From Candidatus Nanopelagicales bacterium (lineage in GTDB: Bacteria; Actinomycetota; Actinomycetes; S36-B12; UBA10799): DNA of 45,688 nucleotides. The notes beneath the pieces are model-generated. The model did no database searches and had not been told where the DNA came from. It saw nothing but the letters and a program-made list of their open reading frames with translations. The stretch's first letter is position 1, and every line of letters begins with the position of its first letter. Where the stretch lies: contig JBIRBF010000001.1 in the NCBI GenBank assembly GCA_044326505.1, positions 1 to 45,688 of the forward strand, written 5' to 3'. Shown here one piece after another: positions 35,046 through 45,688 of the stretch. Made by a program: the position numbers and the translations under genes.

Positions 35046-35359
35046 CGGTGCAGGACGTGTATCGGCTCGGTGATCTGATCGAGGGCCAGGCGGTCCGGGT
35101 AGTTGTCGGGCCGCAACCGATCGCCCTGGTGCTTACCGAGGGCGAGTTGTACGCGGTAGACGACCGCTGCTCGCACGCCGACGTGTCGTTGTCCGAGGGC
35201 GAAGTCGAAGGCTGCTTCATCGAATGCTGGCTGCACGGCTCGCAGTTCGACCTCCGCACCGGCCAGCCGACCTGCTTGCCAGCGAACGCCCCGATTGCCA
35301 CGTTCGCCGTCACCGTGTCGGGCGAGGGTCCCGACGCCCGCGTGCTCATCCACGTCTGA
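35042..35359 (+). CDS. Rieske-type [2Fe-2S] ferredoxin embedded in the suf operon
   Basis: 105 aa. Rieske ligands CSHADVSL and CWLHGSQFDLRTG. ATGA overlap with the sufD stop. Confidence 0.85.
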   Translation: MTVQDVYRLGDLIEGQAVRVVVGPQPIALVLTEGELYAVDDRCSHADVSLSEGEVEGCFIECWLHGSQFDLRTGQPTCLPANAPIATFAVTVSGEGPDARVLIHV

Positions 35360-35421
35360 GCACCTCAGCACACCAACCAGCCGCACCGCGCCACCCGCAC
35401 AGTCCCCACCGAGAGAGCGAT

Positions 35422-37492
<2,071 letters not shown>

Positions 37493-37493
<1 letters not shown>

Positions 37494-38005
37494 TGCAGCT
37501 GGAGCAGATGTACCAGGAGATCATCCTGGATCACTACCGCAATCCGCAGGGCAAGGGGCTGCGTGATCCGTTCGACGCCGAGGTGCACCACATCAACCCC
37601 ACCTGCGGCGACGAGGTCACGCTGCGGGTGGACCTGCAGGACAACCCGGCCGACCCCACCGACCCCCTGGTGGTGTTCTCCTACGACGGTCAGGGCTGTT
37701 CGATCTCGCAAGCGTCCCAGAGCGTCCTGTTCGAGCAGCTCGACGGCGTGCCCTTGAGCCAGGGAATGGAAGCGGTGGACGAGTTCCTGGAGCTCCTGCA
37801 GGCGGGCGTGCACGGGTACACCCCGGACGAGGACACCCTCGGCGACGCGGTGGTCTTCAGCGGTGTGGCGAAGTACCCGGCGCGGGTCAAGTGCGCGCTG
37901 CTGGGATGGATGGCTTGGAAGGACGCGGTCGCCCAGGCGCTGGCCGCGCGGGAGTCCGGTGGGGCCCACACGGCGCCCGGCGGGACGGAAGGAGGACGAG
38001 CGTGA
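37493..38005 (+). CDS. sufU: SufU/IscU-like sulfur acceptor
   Basis: Starts MQLEQMYQEIILDHYRNP. Conserved cysteines in NPTCGDEV, GQGCSISQAS and VKCALL. TGATG junction with sufS. Confidence 0.88.
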
Positions 38006-38324
38006 GCGCAGAGACGGCCGAAGTGGACCGTGAGGCGGTGTTCGAAGCGATGCGCGACGTGGTTGACCCCGAACTCGGGATCAACGTCGTGGACCTGGGC
38101 TTGGTCTACGACGTGCACGTCGAGGATGACTCGAGCATAACCCTCGACATGACATTGACGTCTGCGGCGTGCCCGCTGACCGACGTCATTGAGGACCAGA
38201 CCCGAGCGGCCCTGGACGGGATCGCCGCGGGGTACCGGATCAATTGGGTCTGGATGCCGCCCTGGGGCCCGGACAAGATCACCGACGAAGGCCGGGAGAT
38301 GTTGCGGGCTCTAGGCTTCAACGT

Positions 38325-38328
<4 letters not shown>
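38002..38328 (+). CDS. sufT: DUF59 / SufT-like metal-sulfur cluster assembly factor
   Basis: DVVDPELGINVVDLGLVYD and TLTSAACPL motifs. GTGA overlap with the sufU stop. Confidence 0.8.
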
Positions 38329-39923
<1,595 letters not shown>

Positions 39924-39991
39924 TCAGCGGGCATTGGCGTGGCAACACGCGCACCGGAGGGCGACGGACGCGCGGGTGACGGGTCACTCTG

Positions 39992-40046
39992 GGTTATGAT
40001 TGGCGCGGCTATTTGGTGGCCGCGTTTGCTGGCGACGGTCATAACC
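39992..40046. repeat. Nested inverted repeat in an AT-enriched spacer upstream of the small HTH gene
   Basis: Outer arms GGTTATGA (39992-39999) and TCATAACC (40039-40046). Inner arms CGCGGC (40004-40009) and GCCGCG (40019-40024). Confidence 0.6.
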
Positions 40047-40095
40047 ACTTTGAAAGGACCCTGAGGGGGGTCGTCGCACAGTGACGGAGGGCTTC

Positions 40096-40305
40096 ATGGC
40101 AAACGAGTTAGCGGGACGGCGTATCGTGGGGGACGAGCGTCAGTCCTTGGCCGAGCAGTACCAGCAGCAGTACCAGGCCGGACAGAGCATTCGCGCGATC
40201 GCGGAGGCTTCGGGACGCTCGTATGGATTCGTCCACCGGGTGCTCAACGAGAACGGCGTCGAGCTTCGTGCCCGCGGTGGCGACACGAAGCGGAGGACGT
40301 CCTGA
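40096..40305 (+). CDS. Small helix-turn-helix protein (about 69 aa)
   Basis: QSIRAIAEASGRSYGFVHRVLNENGVELR is an HTH-like segment. GGAGG at 40086-40090 lies 5 nt before ATG 40096, which is preferred over the track GTG 40081. Confidence 0.7.
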   Translation: MANELAGRRIVGDERQSLAEQYQQQYQAGQSIRAIAEASGRSYGFVHRVLNENGVELRARGGDTKRRTS

Positions 40306-40376
40306 CAAGCGCAAACACCCAACACCTGCTGTCGGCGGCGGGGGTCGTCGCCACTGCTGACGGGCCAATCCTGAGG

Positions 40377-41099
40377 GTGCGGCTGGACCGCCCCGACAAG
40401 CACAACGCTCAGACCCCAGCCACGTGGGCCGCCCTTGCGGCGCTTGGCGACGACCTGCCTGAGGGCATTCGGGTGGTCATCCTCAGCGGAGCCGGCCCAT
40501 CCTTCTCGGCCGGCCTCGATCGCCGGATGTTTGTGGAGGGCCTCCCCGGTGAGCCGTCGCTCGTGGCGCTCGCCGAGCAGGAGTCGGCTGCCGTCGAGGA
40601 CGTAATCGCCGGTTACCAGCGTGCCTTCACCTGGTGGCGCGAGCGCCCCGTCGTGACGATCGCGGCCGTGCAGGGCCACGCGATCGGGGCGGGTTTCCAG
40701 CTCGCTCTCGCGTGCGACTTCATGGTGGTCGAGGCAACTGCTTCGCTGTCGATGAAAGAGATCCAACTCGGCCTGGTGCCGGACCTGGCGGGCACGCTGC
40801 CGCTCGTGCGGGCTGTCGGCTACCAGCGCGCACTCGAGCTCTGCCTGACCGGTCGCGCCATCTCCGGTGACGAGGCCGCGGCAATCGGTTTGGCCATCAC
40901 CGCGGTGCCCGAGGGTCAGGCCGGCGCGGCGGCAGACGACCTCGCCGCGGGAATCACGGCCGCGGCGCCGAACGCTACGTCCGCGGTGCTCGGGCTGATC
41001 CGCGGTGCCCATGGGCGCACGCTGGCTGAGCAGACGGCTGCGGAGCGCGCGGCCCAGTACGGTCGAATCACCGAGCTCGCCGCCCTGATGCAGCGCTAG
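40377..41099 (+). CDS. Enoyl-CoA hydratase/isomerase (crotonase) family protein; N-terminus probably longer than the first canonical start
   Basis: LDRPDKHNAQ, oxyanion-hole region ILSGAGPSFSAGLD, and AAVQGHAIGAGFQLALACD. See the finding on its start codon. Confidence 0.8.
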   Translation: MRLDRPDKHNAQTPATWAALAALGDDLPEGIRVVILSGAGPSFSAGLDRRMFVEGLPGEPSLVALAEQESAAVEDVIAGYQRAFTWWRERPVVTIAAVQGHAIGAGFQLALACDFMVVEATASLSMKEIQLGLVPDLAGTLPLVRAVGYQRALELCLTGRAISGDEAAAIGLAITAVPEGQAGAAADDLAAGITAAAPNATSAVLGLIRGAHGRTLAEQTAAERAAQYGRITELAALMQR

Positions 41100-41108
41100 G
41101 GGTCGGCC

Positions 41109-42995
41109 GTGTCGATGCACGGCGGACCGATGTCCACGCTGCGTTCGTTCACCCGGGATTCCTCGGTCACCCAGGTCACGCTGAAACCGGGCACCTGGCG
41201 CCGCATCCTGGGCTACGCCCGGCCTTACCGCGGTCTGATCTGGGTGTTCCTCGTCATCCTGGTGATCGACGCCGGGCTGACGGTCGCCCAGCCGCTGCTG
41301 TTCAAGCGCATCATCGACCAGGGCATCACCCCCGGCAATGCTGCAGTCGTCACCTCGACGGCGATCATCGCCGGCGTGGTGGCCCTCATCGATGCCGGAC
41401 TCGGACTGCTCAACCGGTGGTACTCCTCGCGCATCGGGGAGGGGTTGATCTACGACCTGCGCACTGAGGTGTTCGGCCATGTGCAGACCCAGTCGGTGGC
41501 GTTTTTCACAAGGGCGCAGACCGGCGCCCTGGTGTCGCGGCTCAACAGCGACGTCATCGGAGCTCAGCAGGCGTTCACCTCGACGATGTCCGGTGTGCTC
41601 GGCAACCTCATCAGCGTCATCGTGGTGCTTGTCACGATGTTCCTGCTGGACTGGCGCATCACTCTGGTGGCGCTGGTGATGCTGCCGCTGTTCCTGCTGC
41701 CCGCGCGCTGGATGGGGCGCCGGCTGCAGGCTCTCACACGCGAGCAGATGACGCTCAACGCCGACATGGCCTCGCAGATGACCGAGCGGTTCAACGTCGC
41801 CGGTGCCCTGCTGGTCAAGCTCTTCGGCGACCATGACCGCGAGTCCGGCCAGTTCGCGGCCCGGGCCGCCCGCGTGCGCGACATCGGCGTGCGCATCGCG
41901 ATGTCGAACCGCTACTTCTTCACGGCGCTGTCGCTGGTCGCGGCACTTGCCACGGTCATCACCTACGGACTCGGCGGCCATGCGGTGATCGCCGGCGCCC
42001 TCACACTGGGAACGCTCGTCGCCATGACCGGATTGCTGGCCCAGCTCTACGGCCCGCTGACCGCACTCTCGAACGTCCGGGTGGACGTGATGACGGCGCT
42101 GGTGAGCTTCGATCGGGTGTTCGAGGTGCTGGACCTGCCACCGCTGGTGCGCGACGCGCCCGATGCTCGCGACCTGCCCGAGGGCCCGCTTGCGGTGACA
42201 TTCAGCGACGTCCAATTCCGGTACCCGTCTGCCGAGGAGGTCTCACTGGCGTCGCTGGAGTCGGTCGCGCGGACCGAGGCGCGGGCGCCCCAGACAGTCC
42301 TCAAAGGTGTGTCGTTCGAAGCGCCGGCGGCCGGGATGACCGCCCTGGTCGGCCCCAGCGGAGCTGGCAAGACCACCATCACTGCGCTGGTGGCTCGGTT
42401 GTACGACGCCACGGAGGGTTCGGTGTCGGTCGGCGGCGCGGACGTCCGTGAAGTGCGAGGTACGTCGCTGCGCGCGGCGGTGGGGTACGTCACCCAGGAG
42501 GCGCACCTGTTCCACGAGACGATCCGCGAGAACCTGCTCTACGCCCGCGACGACGCCGACGAGGATGACCTGTGGCGCGCCCTGACTGCCGCCCAAATCG
42601 CTGGACTGGTGCGCTCCCTGCCCGACGGCCTGGACACAGTGGTCGGCGACCGGGGGCACCGGCTGTCCGGCGGCGAGAAGCAGCGGCTCGCGCTGGCTCG
42701 GCTGCTGCTCAAGGGCCCGCGGATCGTCGTGTTGGACGAAGCCACGGCCCACCTGGACAGCGAGAGTGAGGCGGCGGTGCAGCGGGCACTGGACAACGCC
42801 CTGGCAGGCCGGACGTCGCTGGTGATCGCCCACCGCCTGTCGACGGTTCGGCAGGCCGACCAGATCCTGGTGGTGGACGACGGGCGCGTCGTCGAACGGG
42901 GCACGCACACCGAGCTGCTCGCGCGTGGTGGGCTCTACTCGGACTTGTACGCCACCCAGTTCGACGAGAACCGGGAGCGCGGCGAGGGGGGGTGA
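41109..42995 (+). CDS. ABC exporter, fused permease-ATPase (MsbA/MdlB-like half transporter)
   Basis: N-terminal six-TM domain, then Walker A GPSGAGKTT, signature LSGGEKQR, Walker B IVVLDEATAHLD. Confidence 0.9.
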   Translation: MSMHGGPMSTLRSFTRDSSVTQVTLKPGTWRRILGYARPYRGLIWVFLVILVIDAGLTVAQPLLFKRIIDQGITPGNAAVVTSTAIIAGVVALIDAGLGLLNRWYSSRIGEGLIYDLRTEVFGHVQTQSVAFFTRAQTGALVSRLNSDVIGAQQAFTSTMSGVLGNLISVIVVLVTMFLLDWRITLVALVMLPLFLLPARWMGRRLQALTREQMTLNADMASQMTERFNVAGALLVKLFGDHDRESGQFAARAARVRDIGVRIAMSNRYFFTALSLVAALATVITYGLGGHAVIAGALTLGTLVAMTGLLAQLYGPLTALSNVRVDVMTALVSFDRVFEVLDLPPLVRDAPDARDLPEGPLAVTFSDVQFRYPSAEEVSLASLESVARTEARAPQTVLKGVSFEAPAAGMTALVGPSGAGKTTITALVARLYDATEGSVSVGGADVREVRGTSLRAAVGYVTQEAHLFHETIRENLLYARDDADEDDLWRALTAAQIAGLVRSLPDGLDTVVGDRGHRLSGGEKQRLALARLLLKGPRIVVLDEATAHLDSESEAAVQRALDNALAGRTSLVIAHRLSTVRQADQILVVDDGRVVERGTHTELLARGGLYSDLYATQFDENRERGEGG

Positions 42996-43007
42996 GGTCG
43001 CGCCTGC

Positions 43008-43847
43008 TTAGGTGCCGAAAGTGGTCCCGCCGTCGACGGGAATCAAGGCCCCGGTGACGTAACTCGACATGGGCGACAGAAGGAAGGCCGCCGCCGCTGC
43101 GAACTCTGACGGCTCGCCGTAGCGGCGCAGCGGGATGCGCGATTCGCGCTTGCGCCGTACCGATTCGGGCGGGCCGCTTCGCGCATCGAGGGCGAACACG
43201 CGGTCGGTGGCGATATTGGCCGGCGCCAGCCCGTTGACCCGAATCCCGCGCGGGCCCCACTCCCCAGCAAGCTCATGCACCAAGTTGGCCAGGCCGGGAC
43301 GCAGTCCGTTGCTGAGGGCGAGCTCCGGCAGGGGCTTGTAGATCGACGTGCTCAGGACGAACACCACCGAGGTATCGGGAGCGCGCTGCGCAGGCTGCGG
43401 GGCAGGGCTGGGAGGACCGGTCGGCGGCGGCCCTGGCACGGAAGGCGGCGCGCTGTGATGCTCGATGGCGGCGGCGACGGAGCGCGCCAGGCGCAACGGA
43501 CCCAGGAACACGGTTTCGAAGGCGTCCCGCCAGGCGTCGTCGCCGGTGGCGCTCACGCGGCTGGGCGGCGGTCCGCCGGTGCCGATCAGGGCGCCGTCCA
43601 GGCGTCCGAAGCGGGCAGCGGCAGCGGCGACGGCACGTGGGGCGAGGTCGGGGTCGCGCAAGTCACCCGGGATGGGCACGCACCGCTCATTGCCGACCAC
43701 TGCCATCAGCTCCGCGAGGTGCTGTTCGAATCGGCTCACGGCGATCACACCGGCTCCGGCGGCCACCAGCGCCTCGACGGTTGCCCGACCCAGCCCGCGC
43801 GAGCCGCCCGAGACGACATACACGCGGCCCGCCAGTCCCAGATTCAC
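43008..43847 (-). CDS. SDR-family oxidoreductase-like protein with a proline-rich insertion
   Basis: Rossmann motif VVSGGSRGLG, C-terminal YVTGALIPVDGG. The catalytic-region sequence is LALSNGLRPGLANL instead of the classic YxxxK. Confidence 0.8.
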   Translation of the reverse strand: MNLGLAGRVYVVSGGSRGLGRATVEALVAAGAGVIAVSRFEQHLAELMAVVGNERCVPIPGDLRDPDLAPRAVAAAAARFGRLDGALIGTGGPPPSRVSATGDDAWRDAFETVFLGPLRLARSVAAAIEHHSAPPSVPGPPPTGPPSPAPQPAQRAPDTSVVFVLSTSIYKPLPELALSNGLRPGLANLVHELAGEWGPRGIRVNGLAPANIATDRVFALDARSGPPESVRRKRESRIPLRRYGEPSEFAAAAAFLLSPMSSYVTGALIPVDGGTTFGT

Positions 43848-43914
43848 ATGGGGATTGTGCCCCAGCGCGCCGCGTGATGTGCCGCGAGGCGGCGAAAGCC
43901 GCGACGCTCCGCGC

Positions 43915-44676
43915 TCACCGGGCCGAGCTGGCCACGTCGCTCACACCCTTGTCCGCCCGAGCCGCCTGCACCTCGCGGCGGGCCAGGATGCCCCACCCGA
44001 TAGGCAGCATCACGGCGAAGGCGAGCCACTGCCAGGCGTAGGCCAGGTGCGGACCCAGTCCCAGTTCGGGCACGGGCACGGTCGTGAGCCCGGCATCCGG
44101 CGGCTGGCTCGACATGGCGACCAGATAGGCGGGGTAGACGGCGGCGCCAGGGTTGAGCGTGCTCGGATCCAGCGCCGAGACCTGCCCAGCGGGGAGGTCG
44201 GCCGGCGCGGGCTGGGCCGTGCGCTCTGGCTCCTGCAGCCAACCGGTCACCGTCACTTCGCCCGTGGGCGGCGGCGGCACGGCGGGGGACAGGCGGGCGT
44301 CTGCGCTTTGGGGCACCCAGCCGCGCAGGACCTCGACCACGGGACCGGCGTCGGTCTTGAGCGAGGCGATGGCCCAGTACCCGGCCGATCCGCCCAGGCT
44401 GCGGCGTCGCACTAGTGCCGCTGAGTTGGGCAGGTAGCTGCCCGTTGCCGTCGCGATGCGGTAGCGGCGGTCGGCGGCGAGGGGTTGGTCCGGGGCGGCG
44501 AGGTCGGCCAGCCGAGTCGCTGCCATGCCGGAATTCGCGCGGATCAGGGCATCGGCCGCACTTCTGTTGACGTGCCGCGAGTACTGCCAGTTGGCGGCGA
44601 GGAGGCACAGCGCGATGCCCACGGGCACCAGGAGGGTAAACGCGATCCACTTGGGCTGGCGCAGGAAGGAGAACAC
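43915..44676 (-). CDS. SURF1-family cytochrome oxidase assembly protein
   Basis: N-terminal TM then ANWQYSRH, a central periplasmic domain (VLRGWVP) and a C-terminal TM (HLAYAWQWLAFAVMLPIGW), typical of SURF1/Shy1. GTG start at 44676. Confidence 0.8.
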   Translation of the reverse strand: MFSFLRQPKWIAFTLLVPVGIALCLLAANWQYSRHVNRSAADALIRANSGMAATRLADLAAPDQPLAADRRYRIATATGSYLPNSAALVRRRSLGGSAGYWAIASLKTDAGPVVEVLRGWVPQSADARLSPAVPPPPTGEVTVTGWLQEPERTAQPAPADLPAGQVSALDPSTLNPGAAVYPAYLVAMSSQPPDAGLTTVPVPELGLGPHLAYAWQWLAFAVMLPIGWGILARREVQAARADKGVSDVASSAR

Positions 44677-44692
44677 TTGTCGGTCGGTTCCG

Positions 44693-44914
44693 CTAGTCGA
44701 CGGGGGAGTCCTCGAGTCGGAAGCCCACCTTCAACGTCACCTGGAAGTGCATGACCTCGCCTTCGCGGACGTGCCCGCGGACGTCGGTCATCTCGAACCA
44801 GTCGAGGTGCCTGATCGTCTGGTGCGCCCGTGCCACGGCATTGCGGATGGCGTCGTCGATGCTTTCCGGCGATGTGCCGACGATCTCTGTGAGGGCATAC
44901 GTGCGGTTGGCCAT
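44693..44914 (-). CDS. Dodecin (flavin-binding dodecameric protein)
   Basis: MANRTYALTEIVGTSPESIDDAIRNAV...HFQVTLKVGFRLED. GGAGG lies 5 nt upstream of ATG 44914. The track start at 44953 adds 13 unsupported residues. Confidence 0.85.
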   Translation of the reverse strand: MANRTYALTEIVGTSPESIDDAIRNAVARAHQTIRHLDWFEMTDVRGHVREGEVMHFQVTLKVGFRLEDSPVD

Positions 44915-44980
44915 GCGAGCCTCCGTTACAAGGGCGGGTCTGCGTTGGTGCATTCACCGAGCCGGGCTTACGGTATCCAC

Positions 44981-45292
44981 ATGCCCAGTCGGTCCCACGT
45001 GTATCGAATCACAGATGCCCACGTGGGCCTGTCGGAGGATCAGCAGGCGCGCACCCGGCGCTACCTGATCTCGATGGCCGTGCGCACAGTGTGCTTCCTG
45101 GGGGCGGTCGTGGCAGACGGATGGCTGCGCTGGACGCTCGTCGCAGGAGCGGTGCTGCTGCCCTACATCGCAGTGGTCATCGCCAACGGCGGCCGCGAGC
45201 GCAACCACGACGGCGATGACGTGCGTTCTGTCTACGTTCAGCCGCAGAGCCAGCCCGAGCTGCCCTCCTGGCACCCCGAGTCCCGTAGCTAG
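44981..45292 (+). CDS. DUF3099-family small membrane protein
   Basis: Starts MPSRSHVYRITDA. RRYLISMAVRTVCFLGAVV and LLPYIAVVIANGGRE (two TM helices) match the DUF3099 pattern. The track extension to 44525 runs antisense through the SURF1 and dodecin genes. Confidence 0.7.
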   Translation: MPSRSHVYRITDAHVGLSEDQQARTRRYLISMAVRTVCFLGAVVADGWLRWTLVAGAVLLPYIAVVIANGGRERNHDGDDVRSVYVQPQSQPELPSWHPESRS

Positions 45293-45323
45293 GCCGCACC
45301 CGGCTGATTGCCGGGGGTTCCGG

Positions 45324-45688
45324 CTACGTCGCTGCAGATGCCGTTGACAGCCCGAAATCGCGCACGACGAGGGGCGGCATCGAGGTTCGTGTGAAGTAGT
45401 CGGCCCACTCGCGGGGAAGGCAGCGCACAGGTGCGCCGGCATCGACGATGCGCCCGAGTACGGCTAGCGGGGAGTCGTTGAACCGGAAGTTGCCGGCCCC
45501 GCCCACGATTCGCCCGTCGCGCACCACGTATGTCCCGTCACGGGTCAGGCCCGTGACCAGCATGGCCTGCAGGTCCACGTCACGGATGTACCACAGGCTG
45601 GTCACGACCAGCGCGTCGTCACTGCGCGCGATCACGTCGGCGAGGGTTCCGCTGCCGGCCGCGTCGGACAGTTCCAGGTTCGCCGCCG
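45324..45688 (-). CDS. TldD/PmbA-family metallopeptidase-like protein, C-terminal part (5' end outside the window)
   Basis: The ORF is open to the window edge. The C-terminal segment LVTGLTRDGTYVVRDGRIVGGAGNFRFNDSPLAVL resembles the TldD/PmbA C-terminal beta-domain. Confidence 0.7.
   Translation of the reverse strand, partial: AANLELSDAAGSGTLADVIARSDDALVVTSLWYIRDVDLQAMLVTGLTRDGTYVVRDGRIVGGAGNFRFNDSPLAVLGRIVDAGAPVRCLPREWADYFTRTSMPPLVVRDFGLSTASAAT

Noticed and set aside
39996-40064. 22-codon ORF (MIGAAIWWPRLLATVITTLKGP) inside the structured spacer, as a possible leader peptide.
   Set aside because: It has no SD, and its codon choice (att, gct, ata, act, ttg, aaa, gga) is contrary to the strong GC3 bias of real genes here. 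It is more likely non-coding, so it is kept only as part of the spacer finding.

Overview
This is a very GC-rich, gene-dense stretch of actinobacterial core chromosome, judged from gene content and synteny. By eye I found no tRNA, rRNA, CRISPR array, transposase or integrase.

Gene order:
- uvrB (3' end), a TerC-family gene, then a minus-strand trio (MBL-fold hydrolase, GPH-family transporter, S1P-lyase-like PLP enzyme).
- uvrA, with a Tat-lipoprotein Rieske gene coupled to its stop codon, followed by an MFS exporter.
- uvrC-rapZ-yvcK-whiA, gap-pgk-tpiA-secG, then rbpA.
- The minus-strand pentose-phosphate operon tkt-tal-zwf-opcA-pgl.
- ctaB, convergent with ctaA plus an ABC-2 exporter.
- A small accessory trio: a Sel1-like repeat protein, DUF2127 and a TMEM175/DUF1211 channel.
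- A long suf operon: sufR-sufB-sufD-Rieske-sufC-sufS-sufU-sufT, with an ABC-F ATPase coupled to its end.
- A small HTH protein, a crotonase, an ABC exporter, an SDR, dodecin-SURF1, DUF3099 and the 3' end of a TldD/PmbA-like gene.

Most junctions are 1- or 4-nt overlaps (ATGA, GTGA, TGATG). I trimmed many track ORFs to internal starts where the N-terminal extension ran into the neighbouring gene.

I do not see a clear-cut, self-contained novel multi-gene system. The window is mostly housekeeping genes. The observations most worth follow-up are:
- the S1P-lyase-like / GPH transporter / MBL operon;
- the two unexplained Rieske genes, one exported and coupled to uvrA, one inside suf;
- the ABC-F gene coupled to suf;
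- a CAAC-N6-GTTG palindrome over the sufR start;
- a nested inverted repeat in an AT-rich spacer upstream of the small HTH gene;
- the Sel1/DUF2127/TMEM175 insertion.

All family calls rest on motif recognition by eye, not on database searches.
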